From assembly GCA_001001115.1 (NCBI GenBank), contig LCIO01000001.1:6426-70425 (forward strand): a stretch of DNA of 64,000 nucleotides, written 5' to 3'. This DNA is from Candidatus Wolfebacteria bacterium GW2011_GWA1_44_24. Its GTDB lineage: Bacteria; Patescibacteriota; Minisyncoccia; UBA6257; UBA9933. Below, one piece after another: positions 19,633 through 28,993 of this stretch (positions are counted from its first letter, which is position 1; the number at the start of each line of letters is the position of its first letter). The notes under the pieces were generated by a model. The model did no database searches. It saw only the letters and a program-made list of their open reading frames with translations, and was not told the DNA's origin. A program made the translations under genes and the position numbers.

Positions 19633-19659
19633 AATGAATGTAGAAATTGTAATAAATAC

Positions 19660-20163
19660 ATGAAAAAAATTCTCATTGTTATTGCGCCAGAAAATTTTCG
19701 AGACGAAGAATATATCGAGCCGAAAAAAATTTTCGAAGACCGCGGTTTTGAAATCAAAACCGCTTCGCTTAAAGCCGGTGAAGCAACGGGAATGTTCGGC
19801 GCAAAAGTCAAAATTGATTTGCTTATTTCGGAAGTTAATTCCGATGAGTTCAGCGCCGTTGTTTTTGTCGGCGGCCGGGGAATGGCAAAATTGACGGCCA
19901 ATCGGGAATTCATTGATCTGGCTCAAAAATTTTATCAAGCCGGCAAATTAACAACGGCTATTTGCGTGGCGCCGGCGATTCTGGCCAATGCGGGAATTCT
20001 TAAAAATAAAAAAGCCACTTCCTGGCCCGATGTAAAAGACGAACTGACAAAAGGCGGAGCGGATTATACGGGCAGAGACGTTGAAATTGATGGCGGGATT
20101 ATCACCGGAAACGGCCCTCAAGCCGCCGGAAAATTTGGAGAAACAACGGCAAATGCCGTATAA
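19660..20163 (+). CDS. DJ-1/PfpI family protein
   Basis: FRDEE, VFVGG, AICVAP nucleophilic Cys, TGNGP. Confidence 0.9.
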   Translation: MKKILIVIAPENFRDEEYIEPKKIFEDRGFEIKTASLKAGEATGMFGAKVKIDLLISEVNSDEFSAVVFVGGRGMAKLTANREFIDLAQKFYQAGKLTTAICVAPAILANAGILKNKKATSWPDVKDELTKGGADYTGRDVEIDGGIITGNGPQAAGKFGETTANAV

Positions 20164-20172
20164 TAATAATTG

Positions 20173-21861
20173 ATGGCTACGGGAATTTTTGAGTTGGCGA
20201 TTGTTATTTTTGTCGCCGCGGCGTTCGGCATTATTGCTAAAATATTCAAACAGCCGATTATTTTAGCTTATCTCGCCGCCGGAATAATTATCGGTTATTT
20301 CGGTTTTTTTAATTTAGCCGATAAAACAACTTTCCGGCTTTTTTCGGATTTAGGCGTAATGTTTCTGCTTTTTTTGATTGGTTTGGAAATCAATTATTCG
20401 TCGCTACGGCTCGTCGGCAGAGCATCGGCTATTATCGGCGCCGGCCAGATACTTTTTACTTTTATTGTCGGGTTGCTTATTGCCCTGGCTTTTAATTTCA
20501 GTTATCTCCACGGCGCTTACATTGCCATCGCCCTGACTTTCTCCAGCACCATCATCGTCGTCAGCCTCCTTTCGGAAAAAAAAGATTTAAACAGTTTATA
20601 CGGCAAAATCAGCATCGGCATTTTATTAATACAAGATTTAGTGGCAATTTCACTCCTGGTTATATTGGCCGGCATTGAAACTGGGAAAGGATTGACTATT
20701 AACGATATTGTCCTGACTCTTTTTAAGGGAATCGGTTTATTCGCAATAATGCTGATTTTGGGCAGAAAATTTTTACCCTTGGTTTTCGACAAAATCAGCC
20801 GCTCTCAAGAACTTTTATTTTTAACGAGCTTGGCTTGGGTTTTTGCCGCCGCCTCATTGGTGGCTAAAATCGGTTTTTCCATCGAAATTGGCGGGTTTTT
20901 AGCCGGTTTAGCTCTGGCTAATTCTTCCGAGAACTATCAAATTGCCGCCAGAATCAAACCTCTGAGAGATTTTTTCATATTAATTTTCTTTGTTATTTTG
21001 GGTTCATCGATAATTTTTTCAAATTTCAGCGGTCTGACTTTATCAATTATCGTTTTTTCGCTTTTTGTGCTTATTGGCAATCCATTGATAGTTTTAACGA
21101 TTATGGGACTGATGGGTTATCGCAAAAGGACGAGTTTTTTAACCGGTTTAACAATCGCTCAAATTTCAGAATTTTCTTTGGTGCTGGCGGCTTTGGGGTT
21201 CAAAGTCGGACACTTGAATGAAAGCGTTGTTTCTTTAATCACCGCTGTCGGAATCATTACGATAACTTTTTCCACTTATTTAACAACTCATGCCGATAAA
21301 ATTTTCAGAAAATTATCCCCCTATCTTTCGTTATTTGAAAATAAAAAAACAACCGAAAACGATTTTTGGCAGAAAGAATTCCATAAGCCGATTATTTTAA
21401 TCGGCTGCCATCGCACCGGCCAGAACATCGCCCTGAATATTCCCAAAGAGAATCTTTTGATAATTGATTTTGACCCGGAAGTCATTTCCCGTTTGAAAAA
21501 GCAGGGTTATGATTATCTTTTTGGCGATATTGCCGACGAGGAAATTTTTGACAAAGCCAATCTGAACGAAGCGCGGCTGGTGGTTTCTACCAGCCCGGAT
21601 TTGGAAGACAATTTAACTATTTTAACAAAGCTGAATTTATTAGAAAAAAGAAGTCAAATTAAAGTGGTTCTACGCGCCCGCACCGAGCAAGAGGCGAAAA
21701 TTTTGTATCAGAACAACGCCGATTATGTCTTGCTCCCCCATTTTACCGCCGGCCAATATCTTGGGAAAACCATCGGCGTTGACCCGGAAATGAAAATTTT
21801 GGAGCAATTAAAAAACAGAGATTTGGAATTGATGGAAAAAACGAACCACTTTATATCTTGA
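20173..21861 (+). CDS. CPA2 cation:proton antiporter with C-terminal TrkA-N/RCK domain (Kef-like)
   Basis: ~13 TM segments, FLIGLE, FSST, IQD, QISEFS; IGCHRTG and FGD Rossmann domain. Confidence 0.9.
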   Translation: MATGIFELAIVIFVAAAFGIIAKIFKQPIILAYLAAGIIIGYFGFFNLADKTTFRLFSDLGVMFLLFLIGLEINYSSLRLVGRASAIIGAGQILFTFIVGLLIALAFNFSYLHGAYIAIALTFSSTIIVVSLLSEKKDLNSLYGKISIGILLIQDLVAISLLVILAGIETGKGLTINDIVLTLFKGIGLFAIMLILGRKFLPLVFDKISRSQELLFLTSLAWVFAAASLVAKIGFSIEIGGFLAGLALANSSENYQIAARIKPLRDFFILIFFVILGSSIIFSNFSGLTLSIIVFSLFVLIGNPLIVLTIMGLMGYRKRTSFLTGLTIAQISEFSLVLAALGFKVGHLNESVVSLITAVGIITITFSTYLTTHADKIFRKLSPYLSLFENKKTTENDFWQKEFHKPIILIGCHRTGQNIALNIPKENLLIIDFDPEVISRLKKQGYDYLFGDIADEEIFDKANLNEARLVVSTSPDLEDNLTILTKLNLLEKRSQIKVVLRARTEQEAKILYQNNADYVLLPHFTAGQYLGKTIGVDPEMKILEQLKNRDLELMEKTNHFIS

Positions 21862-22759
21862 GGTATCTCCTTATCGCGATACTCGAAGAGATCACTCCCA
21901 AAATTATTCCGAAAAGCAGTTGATAGCCGAAAAAAGAAGTCGAAGAGGAAACCAGATAACTCCAAAGATTGATTTCCGGAACGAAAATCTTGGCGTAAGG
22001 CGAAGCGTAATAAACCATCGGCAGAATCGCCAAGGAACTCAAAATCGCGGCGATTATGCCGTAAATTATCCCTTCAATCACATAAGGACCGCGGATGAAA
22101 GTATTGGAAGCTCCCACTAATCGCATAATGCTGATTTCTTCGCGGTTGGAATAAATCGCCAGCCGGATGGTGTTGAAAGTAATCAACACGGCCACTGAAG
22201 AAAAAATGACTGTTGCCAAAAGCCCCAATTGTTTTATCGTGTCGATAATTTTGTTTAATCTCTCGATAACTATCGCGTTTTGGGCGTAAGATATTTTGTC
22301 AATCAGATTTTTGAACGACTCCTGATTAAGATAAATATCAATAGCGGCATAATCTTTCGGGTTATGCGCCTTGATGCTTAAAGAAGCCAGCAAGGGGTTG
22401 GTTTGAAGCTCTTCCAGCGCCTGAGAAACCGTTTCGTCTTTTTTATGCCGAGTCTTAAAAATTTCCAAAGCTTTATCACGGGAAATATAATCCACTTTTT
22501 TCACTTCGGCCAGCGCTTCTAAAGATTTTTTTATTTTCAAAATTTCATCTTCTGGAGCGTCAATTTTGAAATAAGCACTGATATCAATTTTATCCTGAAG
22601 CGATTCCAGGGCGATTCCGGTAAAAACATTGACAATTATCAGCCCTTCAAAAACCATCAGAGCCAAAATCATTACCACAATGGTGGCGGTTGATAGCCAG
22701 CCGTTTCGCCAAAAACCAAGAATTCCATATTTGATTATTCGGGATAAAGCGGTAAGCAT
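21851..22759 (-). CDS. ftsX: cell division permease FtsX
   Basis: FWRN, NPL, FNTIRLAI.SNREEISIMRLVGA, PYVIEG. Confidence 0.93.
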   Translation of the reverse strand: MLTALSRIIKYGILGFWRNGWLSTATIVVMILALMVFEGLIIVNVFTGIALESLQDKIDISAYFKIDAPEDEILKIKKSLEALAEVKKVDYISRDKALEIFKTRHKKDETVSQALEELQTNPLLASLSIKAHNPKDYAAIDIYLNQESFKNLIDKISYAQNAIVIERLNKIIDTIKQLGLLATVIFSSVAVLITFNTIRLAIYSNREEISIMRLVGASNTFIRGPYVIEGIIYGIIAAILSSLAILPMVYYASPYAKIFVPEINLWSYLVSSSTSFFGYQLLFGIILGVISSSIAIRRYLKI

Positions 22760-23451
22760 TAAACCAAAATGTATTTTCCTTTTTCTTCGTCTTTTATTAT
22801 TTTTCCGTTTTCTAAACTAATAACCCTTCTGTTCAAATCGTTGACAATGTCTTTGTTGTGGGTGGCTAAAATCACGGTTGTGCCCAATTCGTTGATTTTC
22901 AGAAGCAATTTGATAATTTCCGCGGTATTAATCGGGTCTAAATTTCCGGTCGGTTCGTCAGCAATCAGAACGTCCGGATGATTTATCATTGCCCGGGCAA
23001 TCGCCACTCTTTGTTTCTCGCCTCCGGAAAGTTCGCTGGGAAAATTGAATTTTTTATTCGATAAACCGACCATTTCCAACGCTTGAGGAACAAAATTTTT
23101 GATTTCCGGCTGGGGCCGACCGGCCACTTCTAAAGCAAAAGCCACGTTTTCAAAAGCGGTTTTATTGGACAACAACCGGAAATCCTGAAAGATGACGCCG
23201 ATGTGGCGGCGAAGTTCGGGCAATTTTGACGATTTTAATTTATTAATGTCGTAAGAACCGACAATTACCCTCCCCTTGCTCGGTTTTTCTTCGCCGATCA
23301 GCAATTTAATGATGGTTGATTTTCCGGCGCCCGATTTTCCAACAATTGAAACGAATTCGCCGACGCCGATGTTAAAACCGACATCATCCAGCGCCGTGGA
23401 AGAATGATGGTTGATGTTGTAATTTTTCGAAACGTTTTGAAAAGTAATCAT
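22759..23451 (-). CDS. ftsE: cell division ATP-binding protein FtsE
   Basis: GKSGAGKS, FQDFRLL, LSGGE, ADEPTGNLD; coupled to ftsX. Confidence 0.93.
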   Translation of the reverse strand: MITFQNVSKNYNINHHSSTALDDVGFNIGVGEFVSIVGKSGAGKSTIIKLLIGEEKPSKGRVIVGSYDINKLKSSKLPELRRHIGVIFQDFRLLSNKTAFENVAFALEVAGRPQPEIKNFVPQALEMVGLSNKKFNFPSELSGGEKQRVAIARAMINHPDVLIADEPTGNLDPINTAEIIKLLLKINELGTTVILATHNKDIVNDLNRRVISLENGKIIKDEEKGKYILV

Positions 23452-23454
23452 TAT

Positions 23455-24561
23455 TTATTTCATTATATCACCCCCGATAAATATCTCAATATCGCCGTCA
23501 AGCGTTTTGTCCGCCTGGGTCGTTTCCATATTGGTGCGATGGTCTTTAACCAATTTATAGGGATTTAAAATATAAGAACGGATTTGATTTCCCCATTCGG
23601 GCTTCACTTTGGTTCGCAAATCCGATAATTCTTTAGCTTTGCTGTCTTCCATCAATTTAACCAGTTTGGATTTAAGCGTTTTCATCGCCCGTTCGCGGTT
23701 CTGGGCCTGAGAGCGTTCAGCGCGCGAAGAAGCGGCAATACCCGTGGGCAAATGGACAATTCGAACAGCGGTTTCCACTTTATTGACGTTTTGCCCCCCA
23801 GGACCGCCGGCGCGGGAAAATTCCACTCTCAATTCTTCTGCCGGAATTTCAAGCTTACCTTCTTCCATTTCCGGCAATTCCGGCAAAACTTCAACTAAAG
23901 CGAAAGAAGTGTGCCTTTTTTTCTCCGGAGAAAAAGGCGAAATTCTGACCAGGCGGTGCACGCCGGATTCTTTTTTCAAAAATCCGTAAACATAATCTCC
24001 TTTTGTTTCAAAAGCCACATTTTTCAACGGATGCCTTCCGGTTTTGGATTGAAAATCACCCAATGTTTCGTCAAGAACTTTTGTTTTCCAGCCGCGCTTT
24101 TCGCAATATTTGCGGTACATTTCATAAAGCATCGAAACCCAGTCTTCGGCGTCTTGTCCGCCGGCGCCCGCGTAAATAGAAATTGTCGCCGACTGCCGGT
24201 CATATTTACCGGAAAGCAATTGTTCGATTTCCATTTTTCTCGTCTTATTTTTAACGGATTCGATTATTTTTTCAGCTTTTTCTTCCAAATTTTTGCTACC
24301 CATTGATATTTGAGCGATCGCCGTTTCGGCGTCTATCAATTCTTTTTCAGCGTCGTTAAAACGATTGATAAAATCTCGAAGCTGGCCCGCTTCTTTGTTT
24401 TTTTGTTCAGCTAATCCGCGGTTTTTCCACAAATCAGGACTGGCTAATTCAATTTCCAATTCACTCAGATATTTTTTCTTTTCTTCAATATTAAATCGGC
24501 CCCGCAATGCGGGGACGGTTTCTTGCAGCGCGTTTAATTGTTTTGTTAAATCTTCTTTCAT
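23455..24561 (-). CDS. prfB: peptide chain release factor 2 (continuous ORF, no frameshift)
   Basis: SPF anticodon motif, [11 protein letters not shown]. Confidence 0.93.
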   Translation of the reverse strand: MKEDLTKQLNALQETVPALRGRFNIEEKKKYLSELEIELASPDLWKNRGLAEQKNKEAGQLRDFINRFNDAEKELIDAETAIAQISMGSKNLEEKAEKIIESVKNKTRKMEIEQLLSGKYDRQSATISIYAGAGGQDAEDWVSMLYEMYRKYCEKRGWKTKVLDETLGDFQSKTGRHPLKNVAFETKGDYVYGFLKKESGVHRLVRISPFSPEKKRHTSFALVEVLPELPEMEEGKLEIPAEELRVEFSRAGGPGGQNVNKVETAVRIVHLPTGIAASSRAERSQAQNRERAMKTLKSKLVKLMEDSKAKELSDLRTKVKPEWGNQIRSYILNPYKLVKDHRTNMETTQADKTLDGDIEIFIGGDIMK

Positions 24562-24562
24562 G

Positions 24563-24634
24563 AGCCGATGAGAGGAGTTGAACCTCCAACCTCTGCTTTA
24601 CGAAAGCATTGCTCTGCCATTGAGCTACATCGGC
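24563..24634 (-). tRNA. tRNA-Thr(CGT), CCA not encoded
   Basis: Minus strand GCCGATG...CATCGGC acceptor stem, GCTCAATGGCAGAGC D arm, TTCGTAA anticodon loop, GGTTCAACTCC T arm. Confidence 0.9.
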
Positions 24635-24659
24635 GAAATCAAACGATAAAAATTATAAC

Positions 24660-27023
24660 CTATCCCCTTAATCTCTTCAAGATTTCGTCTTCTACTTCCT
24701 GGCGAGAACGGCCGTATTTGAGACGGCTTATTTCTTTTATTTTTTCCGCTTGCTCTTCGCTTCCTTTTTCCGGCATCAAAGTTTTAATGTTAAACGGCTT
24801 TGAAGTCTGGCCGTTAATGAGTATTTTCGCGTAAGCGTTAAAATTATCGATGTTCACTAAATCATTTTCATCAAAAACCGGCTCGAATTGTTTTACTAAA
24901 AATTCCGCGTCCGGCGCGCCGACCCGAAAAGCGATAATTGAGCCGACATTGCCGAAAACCGCATCGCGGATTTTTTCAACTAACTGAGCGATGAATTGAT
25001 GGGCCATTGTCATATTCAGCCGGTATTTTCTGGCTTCGGACAGAATCACGGCGATTGATTCGGTGGTGAAATTATGAAATTCGTCAATGTAAAGATTGAA
25101 ATCGCGGCGTTTCTCCTCTTGGGGAATGTCAGCGCGCGATAAAGCCGCCATTAAAATTTTTCCGGCGATTATCATTCCCAATAAATTGGCGTTAATATCC
25201 CCTATTCTGCCCTTTGAAAGATTTACCAATAAAATTTTTCCTTCGTCCATAATCCGGCGGAAATTAAAAGCGGATTTTGGCTGACCGATAATCGGCCGCA
25301 TGTAGTCATTGGCCGTAAAATTATTGAATTTAGAAGTGATATAAGGCGCCATATTCACCAAAGAATGTTCGCCAGTGGCTTTAAGAGCTTCTTTTTCCCA
25401 AAAATCAATAACTACCGGATTGGCGATGCGAGACAGTTTCCGATTACGGAATTCGGGGTCGGTGAAAATTCGCGGGATTTCCATTAGCGTCGCCGGTTCG
25501 TTTAGGGCGTCTTCCATCAAAAGCAGAATCGCGTTTTTGGTGTACTGTTCAAACATCGGACCGCCGACGGTTTTCATGTCGTAAAGTTTATCCAATATAT
25601 TGAACATTTCATTGACGATGAAAGTTTTTTGCTCCGGCTTGTTAAAATCGTATTCCAGCATATTCATTCCCAATGGATGCCAGATATCCGAAGGGTCGAA
25701 AATAATTACATCATCGGCGCGTTCTTTCGGAATCAATTCTAAAATTTTTTCTATTAATCCGCCGTGCGGGTCGATAATGGAAACTCCTTTACCGGCTTTA
25801 ATGTCTCCGATAACCATATTGGTCATCAAAGTCGATTTGCCGGTGCCGGTTTGACCAATAATATAAATATGGCGTCGGCGATCGTCTTCGGTAATATAAA
25901 CCGGTTTTCGCTCGAACCTGAAAATATTTTCGCCAATCAAAACTCCATCTTTCGGCAAATTTACGGGCGGCGCAGCTTCTTTGGATTTAAGCCATTTAAT
26001 TTTCGGCACTTCGCTGGTTAAGGTCGGCAAATGGAAAATGCTTGCCAATTCTTCGGTGTTCAGAATTATCGTTTGAGAATCGTCAAATTCCCTGAAAGAA
26101 AATTGGTACGCGAGTTTTTGTGGGTTTTTGGGTTTAATAATTTTAAATTCTTGCCGTTTTGGCGCGCTGAATTGGATAAAAGCGCCGGCAATGCTTTCTA
26201 AAATAGCGTCGGCTTGGTATTGACTGGGAGCGGATACTAAAATTCTGACATTGACGGACAGCAGGGGCTTGGAAATTTTCGACTCCAAGGATTTAACAGC
26301 TTCTTCATCGACGATTTTTTCTTTTTTCTCTTTTTTCCCCGGGCTCAAAGCTTCTTTAATGTCTTTTAATTTAATCGCCGCACTTTCCAAAATATCTTCA
26401 AATTCCACTCCCTTTTTAAGATTATTGATATATTGAAGGATGTTTTTTTTGGCTGACTGCGGAGCGGGTTTTGCCAAAATTTGGATTGCCGCGCCTTCGC
26501 CAACTTCGCTGATTTTTGAAAGTCCGCTTAAAATTTGAGAAAAAGTGTCTATTTCGGCTTCTTGATAAGTTCTTAACGGCAAAGCGTAAGAAGTTTTTTG
26601 TTTCAGATAAACGGCGGAAACGACGCTTGACGAACCAAAGATATTGTAATCTTCAACCGGTTCAATTTTGGCTTCTTTCCACAATCCTTCGATTTGCCGG
26701 CCGATGAATTCTGTCGATTCTTTGGGAACCGCCGCGTAAAAATGAATTTCCTCGCCGACGTTATGAACAGCGGCTTCAAAGCAAAAAGGAGATTTTAAGC
26801 CCGATAAAATTCCAAAAAGCTGGCTGGAATAGTTAATTTCGTTTTTCCAACCGGCTCCGCTTTCAATTGAGGATTCTTTTTGACGTTTTTGCGGCAAACG
26901 GATTAAAAACAATCTCAAACCGAGAGATTGAGCTAAATGTTTTCGCCTTGAATTCCTGAAAATAAAAAATAAGACGATTGAACCAATGATAAAAAAATTC
27001 GCGGCTAAAAAATAAATAATCAT
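24660..27023 (-). CDS. membrane-anchored VirB4/TraD/HerA-like P-loop ATPase
   Basis: N-terminal TM helix; RRRHIYIIGQTGTGKS Walker A, IDPHG, LYIDEFHNF Walker B, SEARKY, AHQ. Confidence 0.85.
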   Translation of the reverse strand: MIIYFLAANFFIIGSIVLFFIFRNSRRKHLAQSLGLRLFLIRLPQKRQKESSIESGAGWKNEINYSSQLFGILSGLKSPFCFEAAVHNVGEEIHFYAAVPKESTEFIGRQIEGLWKEAKIEPVEDYNIFGSSSVVSAVYLKQKTSYALPLRTYQEAEIDTFSQILSGLSKISEVGEGAAIQILAKPAPQSAKKNILQYINNLKKGVEFEDILESAAIKLKDIKEALSPGKKEKKEKIVDEEAVKSLESKISKPLLSVNVRILVSAPSQYQADAILESIAGAFIQFSAPKRQEFKIIKPKNPQKLAYQFSFREFDDSQTIILNTEELASIFHLPTLTSEVPKIKWLKSKEAAPPVNLPKDGVLIGENIFRFERKPVYITEDDRRRHIYIIGQTGTGKSTLMTNMVIGDIKAGKGVSIIDPHGGLIEKILELIPKERADDVIIFDPSDIWHPLGMNMLEYDFNKPEQKTFIVNEMFNILDKLYDMKTVGGPMFEQYTKNAILLLMEDALNEPATLMEIPRIFTDPEFRNRKLSRIANPVVIDFWEKEALKATGEHSLVNMAPYITSKFNNFTANDYMRPIIGQPKSAFNFRRIMDEGKILLVNLSKGRIGDINANLLGMIIAGKILMAALSRADIPQEEKRRDFNLYIDEFHNFTTESIAVILSEARKYRLNMTMAHQFIAQLVEKIRDAVFGNVGSIIAFRVGAPDAEFLVKQFEPVFDENDLVNIDNFNAYAKILINGQTSKPFNIKTLMPEKGSEEQAEKIKEISRLKYGRSRQEVEDEILKRLRG

Positions 27024-27029
27024 CAGCGT

Positions 27030-27419
27030 TTATATTATTTTTCTCTTTTTTAATTCGTCGTACAGTTTATCGGTCAAAACATCGTGAAAAGCGTCTAAAA
27101 CAAACGGGCTGGCTCTTTTAGCCCGCTGGATAACTTTTCCAATTCCCTGGTGGAACGTTAAATCAATCAATTGTTCCACCTGTAATCTTGTTTCCGCCGG
27201 CAGATCCTTTAAATAATCCGGTAAAATAGATTTTCCCGGCAGTTCAGTTGATTGAACGGCGTTTTTAATTAATGACGTAAGACTTCTTTTGATTAATTCC
27301 CTTTCCGGCAGTTCTTTGTGTTCCGGCAGATTCCGTTTTTCGGCGATTTCCTTGCTTAATCTTTCAATATCGGCTTCCAAAACGTTATGTTCCAAATTTT
27401 GAGAAATTATGTCCGGCAT
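27030..27419 (-). CDS. hypothetical helical protein
   Basis: 129 aa, FHQGI...SPFVLDAFHD; stops 6 nt before the ATPase start. Confidence 0.8.
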   Translation of the reverse strand: MPDIISQNLEHNVLEADIERLSKEIAEKRNLPEHKELPERELIKRSLTSLIKNAVQSTELPGKSILPDYLKDLPAETRLQVEQLIDLTFHQGIGKVIQRAKRASPFVLDAFHDVLTDKLYDELKKRKII

Positions 27420-27434
27420 GTTAAAGTAAATTCA

Positions 27435-28991
27435 ATGAATAAATTAAAATTATTAGCCGCCGACAATTGGCTCTTGATTGTTGTTTTAATTATAGCCGCT
27501 TTTTTCCGGTTCCACAACATAACTCAATTGCCACCGGGGCTTTATCCAGATGAAGCAATGAACGGCAATAATGCGTTAGAAGCGATTTCTACCGGAAATT
27601 TTAAATTATTTTATCCGGAAAACGGTGGCCGCGAAGGATTATTTATAAACATTCAAGCGCTTTCTGTTTATATTTTCGGAAATGAGCCATGGGCATTGAG
27701 AAGCGTTAGCGCGATATTCGGGATTTTAACTGTTTTAGGAGTGTATTTGCTTGCCTTGGAAATATTCCAAAATAATAAAAAAATCGCCTTACTTTCTTCT
27801 TTTTTGATTGCCACGAGTTTTTGGCACATTAATTTTTCCAGAATAGGATTTAGGGCGATTATGGCGCCATTTTTTTTGATATTTGCGTTTTATTTTCTTT
27901 TAAAATCAGTGAGATTTTTGAAAGAAAAATATTTTGCCGTGAACGGCGCGAGCGAATGGAAAATTTTCTCAATTGCTTCTTTGGCGGGATTATTTTATGG
28001 TTTCGGTTTTCATTCTTATATCGCTTATCGCGTCACGCCGCTTTTGCTCATTGCTGGTTTTGCCTACCGACTTTTTTATTTCAAAGAATTAAGAAAAGAA
28101 ATCATAAAAATTCTCGCGGTTTTTGTTTTATTTTCGTTTTTGGCCTTCTTGCCGTTGGGAATTTATTTTTTAAAACATCCGGCGGATTTCTTCGGTCGCA
28201 CGACCCAGATTTCCGTTTTCAACTCACCGACCATTCTTAAAGATTTAACTGTTAATATATTAAAAACCACCGGGATGTTTAATTTTTCCGGCGATTTTAA
28301 TTGGCGGCATAATTATGCCGGCAGGCCGGAGTTATTTTGGCCCGTCGGAATTTTATTTTTAATCGGAATTATTTTTGGAATTTCTATTTTATTAAAGCAT
28401 AAAAATAAACAAGATTACGCGCCGGGAGACGAACAAGTTTTTACTCATTATAAAAAATTTTCTTTTTTTATGTTTTTCCTGTGGATTATAATTGCCGCTT
28501 TGCCGATAGTTGTTTCAAATGAAGGTCTACCTCACGCCTTACGCGCGATTTTAATGATTCCCCCGATTTTTATATTGGCGGGCGCCGGCGGAATTTGGCT
28601 GTATGAATTTATAAAAAATAAATTACAGGGCGCGTTAGCTAAAAAAATATTCAATATTTTTTCTTTTATTTTTCTGATTTTACTTGTTTTTGAAGCGTAT
28701 AATACTTATTTTAATTTGTGGGGAAAAAATCAAAATGTGCAAGGCGCTTTTGCGGCGGATTATGTTCAAATCGGTCGAGAGCTCCGGAATTTGCCGAAAG
28801 AATTGCCGAAATACGTTGTTGTTGAAGCCGGTGGTTTTGATGTCAGAGGCCTGCCGATGTCGGCTCAAACCGTAATGTTCATTACCGACACTTTCACACC
28901 GGAAAAACAAAAAGGAAAAAATATTTTTTATGTTTTACCGAAAGAAATTAATCAGATTCCCCAAAACGCTTATACGGTTAATTTAAAGTAA
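27435..28991 (+). CDS. GT-C fold glycosyltransferase (PMT_2/ArnT-like)
   Basis: PPGLYPDEA, GREGLF, WHINFSR, multiple TM segments; start at ATG 27435. Confidence 0.8.
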   Translation: MNKLKLLAADNWLLIVVLIIAAFFRFHNITQLPPGLYPDEAMNGNNALEAISTGNFKLFYPENGGREGLFINIQALSVYIFGNEPWALRSVSAIFGILTVLGVYLLALEIFQNNKKIALLSSFLIATSFWHINFSRIGFRAIMAPFFLIFAFYFLLKSVRFLKEKYFAVNGASEWKIFSIASLAGLFYGFGFHSYIAYRVTPLLLIAGFAYRLFYFKELRKEIIKILAVFVLFSFLAFLPLGIYFLKHPADFFGRTTQISVFNSPTILKDLTVNILKTTGMFNFSGDFNWRHNYAGRPELFWPVGILFLIGIIFGISILLKHKNKQDYAPGDEQVFTHYKKFSFFMFFLWIIIAALPIVVSNEGLPHALRAILMIPPIFILAGAGGIWLYEFIKNKLQGALAKKIFNIFSFIFLILLVFEAYNTYFNLWGKNQNVQGAFAADYVQIGRELRNLPKELPKYVVVEAGGFDVRGLPMSAQTVMFITDTFTPEKQKGKNIFYVLPKEINQIPQNAYTVNLK

Positions 28992-28993
28992 AA

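Noticed and set aside
19450..19938. Minus-strand ORFs of 162 and 130 aa over the hairpin and DJ-1 gene
   Set aside because: Antisense shadows of the DJ-1 gene with no transposase or other motifs.
24568..24834. 88-aa plus-strand ORF
   Set aside because: Antisense to tRNA-Thr and the ATPase 3' end.
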